Positions 13,250 through 26,080 of a stretch of DNA of 64,000 nt are shown here, piece after piece. Below the pieces are notes generated by a model that was given only the letters and a program-made list of their open reading frames with translations, searched no databases and was not told the origin of the DNA. The position numbers and the translations under genes are program-made. Source of the DNA: Flaccisagitta enflata (lineage: Eukaryota); assembly GCA_965153355.1 (NCBI GenBank), contig OZ231126.1:34410001-34474000 (forward strand), given 5' to 3'. Numbering within the stretch: the stretch's first letter is position 1; the number at the start of each line of letters is the position of its first letter.

Positions 13250-14715
13250 GGAATTTCACGAATTTCAAAAATCCGACATCTAGTTTCCAGTCGGGGAAAC
13301 CCTACTAAAAAACCGATACTACCTTCCTTAAAAAAAATTTACATAGACACACCCCCGCCTCTCCCTCGTCCACTGCCTCTTACATCCCCACCCTAACTAT
13401 CAACAGATCGACGACTGCACGAATGATGATTCCGTCCGGAAAGGATCCACCACCAGCAATTGCAACGATCAATGACGAGCGGATGGAGACGAGGCGGCGA
13501 CGAGAGGAGTGTGGAGGCGCCCGTTCTGAAAAAAGTTAAAGGGAAGGGGGGGGAAGGAAGGTTTGGAGCACTCCAAGCTTGGATTTGACTTGAGAGTGGA
13601 AAATGATAAGTGGGGCATATTACTAAACATGTCATACGAAAGTATTCAGATAATGACTAAAAAGACCATGTCTAAAACAAACACAACAAATTTACATGTT
13701 CCAAGGAACCAAACAAAACAAGACAAAATAAATAAGTTACTAACTATATATAAAAACGAATCTGTAAGGTAAAAAAATTAGTAAGTATCATGGAACGACC
13801 ACATCACCTGCGCCTTCTCCATTACAGAGACGAGCGGATCATTCCGGAAGCTCCAACACCTCGTCAATCCGTGGGCGAAGCGATAAATGATGTCGGCTAC
13901 CGCATCGAAAGGCGCAGGTGGTGCAGCTGTCTGAGAATGTATCCTCCCCGAAGGGAAGAAAAGGAAAGAGAAAAAATGGGGCAGATTGATTAGTAAAGTT
14001 CTTATCGCACACGATTCAAATTTACAACAAAACTCAACCTCAACCCTTCTGCCATGAAACTTACGCGGGCGTTTTTACCAGCCCCGGGGGACGTCATTCC
14101 CACGCCCCGGGTAGCGCCCCCGACTTGGCCGGCCTGTCCATCGATGGGATGAGGATGCGAAGGTGGAATACGATCCTCAGCGAATGGCGGCGCTCTCCAC
14201 GCCATGTTGCAAATTGGTAGTTAAGTTGAACAGCAACTGGGCGTGGCACCAATCAGCGTTTAGCTGGCGGTCTGATTTTTCCAAGGCCTGGTTCGATTTT
14301 TCTTATTCCCAGGCTTGGATCCGTACGACGTCGACACGTCGGCTTCTGCCTCGAGACGCTGCTGACGGGACATCTTGACTTCGACGAGCGACTTCAAGAT
14401 GCGAACTGACTTCGTAGATGGAATGACGTCGTCAGCGGAAGCTTTGAAATGTTCGTATTGAAGAACTGATAAAGGTAAGAACGGATTTGGCACAATAATA
14501 TGTACATATAGACAGAGCGAAAGAATCAGTGTTTTGATGTGTAAGTGGAAATGGACAACATAATTGACAAGAGGAAAGATGAAAGCATGGATAATCAGAA
14601 CCAAATATGAATAATAACAACTCTTTGTAAATATAACAAGTCAGAGTATCAATCACTCATATCTATAGTTACTAATGGACAGGCCCCGCGCCTTTTTCTC
14701 AAAACTTAGCGTTTT

Positions 14716-17700
14716 TTATGAGTCCAATTCCAGCTTACGCTTCAAAAGGTCTTTCGTCACGATCTTTCCATCTTGCCGCCGGATGTGAGCCCTCCGGACA
14801 TGGGCTGACGAACCCTCGACGCCCATGACACGTCCTAAGCTCCAATTGTGACGAGGTAGCGTTTCGTCCATGACGATGACCATGTCATCAACCGCAAAGT
14901 CTCTCTCGGATCTCGACCATTTGCTTCGCGGAAGTAGAATAGAAATATTCGACCTCCACGATTTCCAAAATGCATCCACACGCGATTGCGACGCCTCCAT
15001 TGAATTCATGAGTGGTCAGAATTGACGCCTTGTTGCACCAGATCCAGAGGGGCATGGGCCGGATGTTGATGGATTGAGGATATGATTCGGTGTAAGGGTC
15101 CCAGAGTCATTTGGATCATCGCTGAGCGCTGTTAGAGGACGGCGATTGAGAATTCCTTCAACTTCGACAACGGCAGTGTTGAAGGCGTCGACGTGGAGGA
15201 TGGCGCCAGTCGAGATGGAAGCAAGATGGCGCTTAAAGAGAGCGACGATTCTCTCCCACACCCCTCCATAGTGGGGTGTTCTCGGCGTGATAAAATCCCA
15301 CCGAAGGCCGCGCCGCTGAACTCGAGTTACGAGTGGTTCCAAGCTTCCATTTCCTTCTTGAGGATGTTGTTGGCGCCGACTAGATTCGTCCCACAATCTG
15401 ATGTGAAACGGCGGATTCCTGGGCGCCTTGCTGCTAAGCGGATGATTGCATTTACCATCGCATCGGCTGACATGTTGAAGAGCAATTCCACATGGACGGC
15501 GCGTGACACGAAACAGGTGAACACTGCGATCCACACCTTGTGATCAGCACGCCCGTTCATTTTTACCATGAAATGCCCCATGACGTCCAATCCAGTCTCT
15601 GCAAAGACAGGCGCCGGATTGACGCATTTGATGGAAGATTGGCCATTTGCTGATTTGCGTTCTTTTTAAAGTTCTTCTGGCATCTAAAGCACGTGTTGAC
15701 GACGCTCTGACGGCCTGAAGACCTTTTGTAATCACACAAATTGGCGTAATTGGCACAATGTATGCTTTGCACCCGCGTGAAAATCATTATGATGATAATG
15801 GCGAATTAATGATTTCTCATTCTCGTCTTTTGGCGGCAGGATGAAGGGAAATTTAGCGTCATGAGCGATGTCGGCGTTTTCCAATCGGCTGCCGACGCGA
15901 AGGATGCCGTCGTCGTCGACGAAAGGGTTCAGCTTCCGCATCTCCTTGTTCTTTATGATAAAGTCACGACGGCTTTCTGGCTTGAAGACTTTTCCCAATT
16001 CCAATTGTTCGAAGACGTCAGAATAATGCTGCCGCTGCATTGACTTGACGAGCTGTTTGCGCGCCTCCTCCACGACGTCTTGCGTCACTTCCGGTTTGGG
16101 AAGGAGATCTTTTGTTGCTCGTGTCTTCGCCCTTGGATACGCTCTCCACCTTTTGACTGCGATGAGAACCATGCCGATAATCCGCAATTTCTGCATCCAT
16201 TTTCCCCGAGAAGCGGCTGCAAGAAGTATCGCGTCAGCCACTTGTTTCTTTTCACTCTCAGCCGCATACAGAGCGGCGACCTGTGCAGAAATAGGGCACG
16301 TCGCGATGTTCGTCTTTGGCCATTGATCTTCGGGAAGACGCAAAAATGCAGGGCCGTGATGGAATTGACGCCATTTTTCGGCTTCATGGGCCTGGATGCC
16401 TCTGCTACAGTGGTCCGCCGGGTTGTTTGACGAGTCAACCCAGCGCCACTGTTGAGGATCAGACCCACTATGGATCTTGGAGAGACGATTGGCGAAGAAT
16501 ACAGGCCTCGGTTTTGCCGGATTGTAAATCATCTTCAGTGCAGATTCAGAATCAGACCAAAATCTGACGACGAGATTGTCCAAGTTGATGGTCCTTCCGA
16601 CGAAGCGTTTGAGCTGCACTGCTTTTTCTGCGGATACAATCTCGACACGTGGAACGCTGTTGTGATGAGAAGCACGTTTTGGATTGAGTGGGATGACGTG
16701 AGATTTGGAGGCAAGGAATGAAATGTGAACATCTCCATCTCGGTTGACTTGACGTCGATATGCAACTGCTCCATATCCGCCTTTTGGAGCTGCATCGCAA
16801 AATAACTCGATTGTGACTTCCGCAATGTCGCTATTGTCGACGCCGCCATTCCACCAGCGTTCAATTCGATATTGTTGTAGAAGAGGCCAAGATGAAGTAT
16901 AGCGGAAGAAAGATTCCCCGACGCTCTCTTCCAAGGGCGAATCCCATCCCACTTCCTGTGGACGACAGAGTTGAAGATGTCGTTTGCACCGATGTATGCG
17001 CTGGGCTCCAAACCAATGGACGTAGTCGCTTTTGCATAGAGACCAATTGACGAGGTGTAAGTGGTTTAAGAGTTTTGAATTTTCGTCGAACAGTACAAAG
17101 ACGTCTTCCGCCGGAAGCCATGAGACGCCCAACACCTTCGTCGGCACATCATCTTGCTTATCTGAAATGGGGATTGGCATCACCGTGGCTAAAAACCACC
17201 CCCGACGCAGACCAAAGACCAACTAACCCCTTAACCAACCCGCCATCCATCCCGCCTTCAGCCATCGCCGCCACTGAATCCACCTTTAGTTGCAGTGCTT
17301 CGTCGACCGAATCCCCACCCCCACTTCCGTCGTCGACGTAAAAACCATACGAATAAGATCGTAGACGTTGTAGGGATATTTGGGCCGGATTACTTCAGCA
17401 TGCTTTCTGACGGTGAAAGACGTGACGAATGAGCTGGATTGGCTGCCGAAGACATGTGATAAGAACAGATTCAAAATGGCTTCTCGTAGAGTACGGTCTT
17501 TGAACCAAAAGAATCTGAACAGATCAGCGTCGTCAGGATGGACGCGGATCTGGTGGAAGAACGCCTTTATGTCACACATAAAGGCGATCTTCCACTGACG
17601 AAAACGCATGAGGATGTCCATTAAGCTATTCATCAAATTTGGACCTCCGACGAGCAAATCATTGAGTGAGATCCCGTCGGTCGCCGCACGCGCATCGTGA

Positions 17701-18754
17701 CATACGCGCGTTTTTCCGCGCAGTTCAACAATATGAAGCGGTAAGTACCAGCGCGGTTTCTCAATGCCGTCGTCGTCGTCGACGTTATCAATCTCAATCG
17801 CCACTCCCGTCTCGTAAAACTTCTCGATTTCACGGAAGACTCTTTCTTTGAAGGCTGGATCACGCTTGAAGCGAAAACGTTGATTACCGAGTCGCTTCAT
17901 CGCAGTTGGTCGTGATTTCACTCTTCTCAGAATCTCCATGATTTTCTCGTGATGAAATTTCCATGTGACGGGAGCAAAGTACTTTTTCACAATTGGGCAA
18001 AAATATGTCTTTTCCTCTAACGTTTTGCACGCTCTGACATTTTCAAGGGAATCACCCATCTCCTCTTGCGAGACGATTGATGATGCAAAGTCATGGTAGA
18101 AGATGCGGTCAATGTTGCTGTTGAGGACGCGATTGTCGAGGATGCGATCGATATTATCGTTGAGGACGCGGTCATCCGTCGCGATAGCGTTGATCGACGC
18201 AATATCTCGTCCTCTCTTGCCCGTTTTTCCACATACAGTCCAACCGAATAGACATCTGAAGCAAGTCAAAGATCCTGAAGGCCCTCGACGGATTTCTTGA
18301 GCGACGGCGGCATCCGCATGCGCCGCTCCGATGATCATCATCACACCGCCTTCAGCTTCTGGAAATTTTATGCCTTCGATGTGAGGTTGGTCAGATAGGT
18401 CGCGGAGAAAGGAGGAATGTCGCGTTCACTCGTTAACAAATCACCCACCAATGCGTCGTTGACGTCGACGACGTATTCTTCGTCGACCGATTGCATAGTG
18501 AATGATGCGATGAAACGATCCTCAACAACATGACTTCCCACAGTAATCACCGTCATTTGCACTGTTTTTGTTGGAATCAGAAGACTGCGAATGACATTGG
18601 TACTGATCACGTCGCGATCAGCGCCTGAGTCGATCATAGCGTAAATCGCCCCCTGCGCACCCGAAGAATTGTTTATGATAGTCACTGGAACAATCGGACG
18701 GACAACGCCGCCGAATGAAGAGACGACCGCGACGTTGCTGCCGCCGCCAGTCAT
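14716..18754 (-). pseudogene. pol: BEL/Pao pol (aspartic protease, RT, RNase H, integrase), frameshifted as assembled
   Basis: Protease AMIDSGAD; RT DIKAFFHQI...FRFFW and FYVDD (shifted frame near 17340); RNase H LFCDAA..YGAVAY, PRVE, FWSDS; integrase HHNDFHAG+CFRC, LDVMG, SDCGTN, PHYGGVWERIV; C-terminal FWKSW/WSLGRV segment. Confidence 0.93.
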
Positions 18755-18773
18755 GCCGTGACGTTAGAAGAGA

Positions 18774-21700
18774 TCACCTCCGTAGATTGGCTGCCTCCGC
18801 CGTCGACGGAGCTGTTGGTGCTGCTGCAGCCGCATCCTCTGACTTTTTGAAGGGAGCCAGCGGTACTTTATTTCCCTGCTTGTTTTCTCCTTTCTTCTCT
18901 TCCCTTTCTTCTTTCTTGTAGGTGCGCCCGTGGAGAATCGTTGCGTGCCGCTTCTTGCAGGTTTGGCAAGTCGGTCTGTTCGCGCATCCTTTGGCGTTGT
19001 GTCCTGGCGCGAGACAGTGGAAGCAAAGACGACGAGACATGATCTTTTGAACTCTCGCGTCCACTTCCAACTCTAACAGTTGATGACATTCTTCTGTTTG
19101 ATGCATTCCACTGCAGACGTTGCAGCGGTCCGTCGACTGCGTCTTTTGCTTGCCATTGGTCAAAGCATCTTCATATGATGATGGCGCTTCTTTCTCTGTA
19201 GTTGCGACTGCTGCCACTGATGCTGTTTTGCAGCTTGCGCCTTTGTTGCGCTGAATCACCGCCCATGTCTCGATCATATTGACCAAGTTGTCGAATGAAA
19301 ATAATTGTCCATTTTGGGCTGCTTCATGTTGCTTTTCCCAGAATTTATCTGCAAGATGAGGGACCCTCTTGTTGAGGATCTCCTGCAGCAGCTCGTCACG
19401 ATAGCATTGTTGCACTTCTCCACAGGTCCTCGCAATCTTCTTTGCCTTTTGCAACCTTGCAGACAAATTGAAATGCCTTGCATGGTCGGCCGACTGGATC
19501 TTCAACCGCGACGATTTCCTGAACAGCGCCGCAATGTTGCAGCGCCTCGCCATGAAGACGACGTCCATTTTTGCGAAGGCGTCGTCAATCTCTCCTCTTG
19601 CTGTCGCTTCAGTTGCATCAATCGTCGCAGTTTCAATGATCTCTTTTGCCGGACCAGCAAACCACTTAGGCAATTCCAATAAGATGTCCATTTGCGTCAA
19701 GCCCTCATGCTTCTCAGCATCTTTGAACTTCCTCTTCCACATCATAAAGTCGGTGGATGAAAGCTCCTGCAGAGGCTTCTCAGGTCTTGCTCTCTCCAAC
19801 GCTTTGAGGCCGACCTCCCTCTCTCGCATGAGATCATTGTACGTCGTTTCTTTCCAAAACCTGTCCAGAGCTGGATTGTTGGGCATCTGAACATGGACTT
19901 CCGGTTGACGGGCTACTTGATGATGCTCCACTTGATGATACGCTGGGGTTGTTGGATGAAGGCATATTGACCCCCGACTTTTACCGGAGATCTCTTTTTG
20001 GTGGTTTTTACACTCCACCCAACTTCCTCTTGCTGATTCACTTGTTGTTGACGATCATCTTGATGGAATCTGGGAGCATCAAAATCTTGGCGGACGTACT
20101 GTCGCTGTTGTTGTTCTTCTTTTCGTTGTCTCTCTGCTCTCGCTGCGGCAAGGTCAAAGTCTCTCTGCTGAATCTGCATCTTCAAACTATCCACTTCTTG
20201 CTGCAAACGTTGATTCTGCTGGATGACTTCCGCTTGAGGCGTTGTTAGAGGCGCTTGCGCTACTTTCGGCGCCTTTGGCTGCAATCCACTCGTTGTCTTC
20301 TTGGGAGCGACTTTTCTTCTTTCTTTATCTTGCAGCTGCTGGGCCAACTTCGCGTCAGCGGCCTCTTGCTTCTGCCTCCTGCGCATCGCCTCCGTCGCAT
20401 CACCTCCGCTTCCGGCTGTGTTGAAGACCTTTTCCTCTTGATGGGGAAGACCAGTCTCCCTTCTAGCAGAACCAATCTGCTTCTCGAAGATCACTCCGGT
20501 GCGGTAGGGAGAATCGTTGCTGCTGGGGTTTGATGATGCTGATCCTGATGCTGTTGCTGTTGTTGAAGCCGCTGCTGCCACTGTTGATGTTGAAGCTGCT
20601 GTTGCTGGTCAGGACGCTGTTGCTGTTCATTCTGCTGCTGCAGTTGACGCTGGCGCTGTCCTTGCTGCTGCTGCTGCTCCAACTGTTGCTGCTGCTGCAT
20701 CGGCTGCTTGACGGACGTTTCCACTGACTGCACATGACGTTGCTGTATGTTCGAATTGAACAATCCCGGATTGAAATTTCTGAAGATAGATCGACGGTCT
20801 TTTGACGGATGCTGCGGCTGCTGCTGGTCCAGCTCAGACAGTTGTCTAAGCTTCACATCCCGCTGCTCTAAAGCTCCACCAATGCCGCCGTCGTTCAGGC
20901 TATTCCAGTGCTTTCGTTGCATTTCTGCCGCATTGTTGAATACTCCTGCTCTTCTATCTTCATCTCGTTGCTGCTGCTGGCGAAAGTTACACATTCTGTC
21001 ATATAACTCTTTGTCTTCTTGTGATGAGCTTCGCTGTTGGAATCCCAATGGCACCGCGATCGGCGCCTTTGGAGCTGTTGCTGCACCACCACCTTCACCT
21101 TCAGCCATCATGCGCAGACGTTGATCTGCAAGGCGTTGCTGTCTCTCTTCTTCTGTCTCCTCACTGACGTTCATGTCGACAAGATGGTTGTTTGAAGCTG
21201 GAGGATCCACTACCACCGCTGGGATTGCGGCGGAAGGTTGCTGTTGCTGCTGCTGTTGCTGTTGCGTATTTTCTCCTGCATCGCTTTTGCCGCTGTTGTT
21301 GTTGTTCAGCGGCTGCATTGCCGCTTGTCGCAGCTCTTGTTGTTGCTGCTGTTGCTGTTGCTGCTGTTGATCGTGTGTTGTTGTTGCTGAGCGCCGGCGC
21401 AGGATCTGTTGACAAAATTGTTGGAGTTGCTGCAACTGCTGCTGCTGCAACAGCTCTTGCCGCTGCCGCTGAGCCGTCGCTGCTGCCTGGTGGTCGGTGG
21501 AGTTGACGCTGTTGTTGGAGTTGCTGCCGCTGCATCTGCACTGATGCTGCTGCTGTTGCTCCTGTTGCTGTCGCTGCTCCTCCTCCCGTTGTTGCTGCTG
21601 CATATCGTCAATCAGCCGACGGCCTTGTCGCATTTCCTCCTCCAATTGCCTGCCCCATCTGTCTCTCTCAGCACTCCTGTTGACGAAGCGTCCTCGCCCT

Positions 21701-22507
21701 CTCCTGCGGCGTCAATCCGTTGATGATCCCACGGCCTCTGCAGAGCGTCGGCGTCGCCGAGATCCGCAAGCATGTCGTCAGCTTGCTCCATCGGAGACGC
21801 ACGCGCAGGTTCAATTTCCGAGACCAAATCTGATACCCATTGATTGACGGCATCTCCTCTTTGGATCGGCGGCAGATTTAAAAATTGGCCGCCAGTTGGA
21901 GATTGCGCACCATGTCGCGGGACCGGAAGTGGTAGATACTCGGATCCGTCGGGGTTTGGCGAAGACGTTCGCATCCTTGGAGTTGGAGCGCCAGTAACAT
22001 TGTCACGGGCGGCGTGAGTGTCAGTTGGAAGACTGTTCCATGAGAATTCGTTGACGGGTCTTTTGCGATTCCCAATGTCATTATGCACTGCGTTCACGAT
22101 GTCGGGCTGGAAGGAAAACCCTCTGGATAGTTTTCACGATCAAAGAAACGCATGGAGTCCCACTCGCGCCGGATTCGACGCAAAGAAGACGCCGCGAATC
22201 GAAGAGGGTCGCCGGGCATCGAGTCGAGCGCCATTTGTCTTGCATACGATATAAAGTCGTAGACCATGTCCCGAAGGCCGTGTCGAGCGCCATCCGATTC
22301 ACAGGCGGCGTCGTCGAAGTCGTTCGTTCCTTCGGTGCAAGTAGAAACGGCGTCGAAAAGGCGCCGGCATCCTTCCATTTCCGCAGTGATGTCGTTCCTC
22401 ATTGCGCGCAAACGATTCGACCTCGGACACTGATTCAAACCGAAGTGAGATACACGAGATGACGTTGAAGCAGTCGAGACGGTGTCGTCGTTACGCGCGG
22501 CTGCCAT
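18774..22507 (-). pseudogene. gag: BEL/Pao gag with long Q-rich N-terminus and three zinc-knuckle motifs, frameshifted as assembled
   Basis: ATG 64 nt after the 5' LTR; overlapping ORFs 22507, 22097, 21645, 20581, 20018; CNVCSGMHQTEEC, CFHCLAPGHNAKGC, CQTCKKRHATILH. Confidence 0.88.
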
Positions 22508-22570
22508 TGTCCAATTTCGCTTTCGGAGGTCGAAGATGAAAAGAATCGAGTCGTTTTTAAATTTTTGAAA

Positions 22571-23483
22571 TATAATTTACGCCCACGAGTTTCAACTGGC
22601 ACTGTCTATGAGCGTCTATCTGACTGACGACTTGTGGTGAAAGAAAGTTGGCCGATTGGAAAATAGGAAGGCGATCGTCTCGTTTATTCCATAAAAATTT
22701 CAACAACTGAAGAGAGGGGGAAAAATGAAAGGGAAAGTGGGCGTTAATTGTGATCAGCAAACGCAAAAGATAACATGAAATCGAGATAGGACACAATAAA
22801 GGACAGAAACAGCACATGACAACATGTTCATCTTCTTCAGAGCCCATGCCACCTGATAATACCTGCCCCTGCCCCGGCCCATCCCATTAAATTCATCCAT
22901 ATCATCCCTATAGCAAGCTGATCGGGCAAGCGATAAAAACCATACTAAAATCCGGCGATAAAAATGCAAAAGGGCAAAAGACAAAATAACAGACCGGAGG
23001 ACAAAATAAAAACAACGATAATAAAAGCAAACACGCGTCTATAAAACTTACTTTTAGGCCCACTTTCGTTGGTTTCAACCCACAGTCTGTCGAAGTCAAA
23101 TTAACGTTAATTGTCCGTTCATTAGTTTATCTGCAATAAAAAGATGAGAGATTATTGAAATTAGTGAATTCCAAGGGCGCATTCAAACGATCACGAAAAA
23201 TCAATCAATCACTTTAAGAAGCAATGCCGCAAATAAATAAAATCAATCAATCCAAAAATTGGATGATACGAAAGACGAGATACGTATGTTCGCCTACGTA
23301 ATAAAAACAAATGGCACAAAATACAAGGCGCAACCATATGGTTACCCATCTAGCATTCAATATAAAAAATGGCGAGAAACAAAAGACGCGGCATTGAATA
23401 ATCGAAGAAGAGAAAAAGCCAAAAGCACGCAAAAGAGACAAAAGCACACATACCTAAGGACGGACGGACATACATTTCTAACA
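22571..23483 (-). repeat. 5' LTR (913 bp)
   Basis: Direct repeat of 12339-13234; followed on plus by TSD TTAAC. Confidence 0.95.
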
Positions 23484-23884
23484 TTAACCATAGATAGGAT
23501 TTTTACAGAAAATACATCATGACAAGTAGTGTTAGAGATGATTTTATCTCTGAAAAAAATCAATTTTATCCATGTGAAAACTCAATTGCAAATTCAGAAT
23601 GTATGCCGTGTATACACTGTTACACATATTTCATTCTTTTTCTTGTTCCCTTATTGTAATCTATACTAATCATTCATGCCATCAACTTGCATCATGTATG
23701 GGCTTTGTTGCAGATGAACATCCCAGAGCCTTTTGGCCCCGTCTAATCTTCGCCTAACTCGCACCAATTTGGTCTTAACCTCAACTGAGCCCACTTTTTT
23801 TGACATTCAGGTGAATTTTCTCGTGTCAGCCTTTTTTCCAGACGACTTGGCCTCACTCCCAAGAGTCACCGACGGAGGGAGGAG

Positions 23885-24425
<541 letters not shown>

Positions 24426-25087
24426 GAAACACAAAAGGAAGCGAGTGAAAAAGACTAATGGTAACTAGTTGGGTAATTTGCCAATATTTTTAGTCGCGGA
24501 CACGCGACTCTACACCTTGCCGTGTCGGTCGGTAGGTCGGTCGGTAGGTCGGTCGGTCGGTCGGTCGGTAGGTCACATTTTTTAATTTCGAGCGGTTTCG
24601 GCATTACAGCTCCTGCCCAACCGTCCGAGACTGGATTGCCGTGTATCCGGCCTTGTTTTGTACTGTAAAGAAAACGCGTGAAAATCTTCATAGAAAATCA
24701 ACAAGGCCGTATACACAGCAGCATTAGTCGCGGACGGGTGTTCGGAGCGGAAAACCTCGAAAAACAACTTTTTGACAAACGGACGGACGGACCAAAAAGT
24801 GGCTTGTATAGTCGCGAGTCCGTGACTAAAAACAGAATTTTGTCTTCAAGAAAATCGACCCAGTTTCTTTAACGCGAGCGTAGAGTGTGCCACTGGAGTT
24901 GTACTATTCTTTCATTCTAAGGATAAAGGCCCCCCCCCCGCCGGCCTCGGACGGCACTACAATCGCCCCAAGGAAACTTGGATGGAATTCATTAACACGA
25001 TGATTTAGTCCCCACTCACTTTTTATCATCAGTGATGGAAAGAATGATTAACCGAGAGACAAAGATAGCAGTGTGAGGGGCAGTAGC

Positions 25088-25152
<65 letters not shown>

Positions 25153-25552
25153 AAGAAAGGAAAGTACTGAAACAGATAGAGAGACAAGCAGTATGAAGAA
25201 GAGACATAAAAACTCAATGATTAGGCAGAAAGACAGACAGACAGACCGGGGGAAATTGAGACAGAGATAATAAGGAGTACGATCCACGTCGGAGAACCGG
25301 AACTGACTCTTTTAATTCCACTCTCTCTTTTTTCTCGTGCTTTTATAGCACTAACAAGAGAGTAGAGAGACCATCATTGATCAAACATTTATCCAGGATC
25401 TCCCTCCCCTCTTTCACTGGCAAGTTTCTCTCAAAATACAAAGACAGGCAGACAAGAGGCAGCGAGATTAGCAATTCGTCTTTTCCCGCCCACAGCAAAG
25501 CGAATAAAGGAGAAAAGAAGGACAAGAAGAAATAGTCACAAAAGCGTTAGAT

Positions 25553-26080
25553 GGTCAGCGGTACCCGTTGCCCCAATGTGAATGTTTGTGGGTGTGAGGT
25601 GGTTAGAGGGGCAGCGGCCCCGAAGGGACCAATGACCTATGCTGTTTTTATGCAAACCTCACGGATTGAATTAGAGCCTGGAGGCTATTTTTGGGGCCTT
25701 AAGGCTGAGATTTGAGCCCTCAGCCTGGGATTTGAGCCTCAAGGCTGGGATTTTAGCTTGGAGGCTGGGATTTGAGCCTTGTGGCTAGGATTTGGGGCAC
25801 GAGACTATGATTTGAGCCTTGGGGCTGGGATTTCAGCCTTGAGGCTGAGATTTGAGCTTTGAGGCTTTGGTTTGAGCCTTGAGGCTGGGATTTGAGCCTC
25901 AAGACTGGGATTTGATCCCTTAGGCTGGGATTTGAGCCTCAAGGCTGGGATTTGGGCCTCGAGACTAGGATTTGGGCCTCAAGGGGGGGTGGACGGAGAA
26001 GAAGAAGAAGGAGAAGGAAGAGAAATTTACCCTATGTGAGAAAGCATAGGTCATCGGCCCCTTCGGGGCAACTGCCCAAA
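25553..26080. mobile_element. GGGCAGC-family element with 20-bp minisatellite
   Basis: Same termini and core as 6695-7362; also shares upstream AATAGTC.CAAAAGCGTTAGATGGTCAGCGGTACCCGTTGCCC. Confidence 0.75.

Larger units (their letters stand above)
12339..23483 (-). mobile_element. Full-length BEL/Pao LTR retrotransposon
   Basis: Direct LTRs 12339-13234 and 22571-23483; TSD TTAAC at 12334-12338 and 23484-23488; PPT; gag-PR-RT-RH-IN order with BEL/Pao motifs. Confidence 0.96.

Noticed and set aside
18368-18780. Programmed gag/pol frameshift
   Set aside because: BEL/Pao usually encode one ORF, and these breaks cannot be told apart from the other indels
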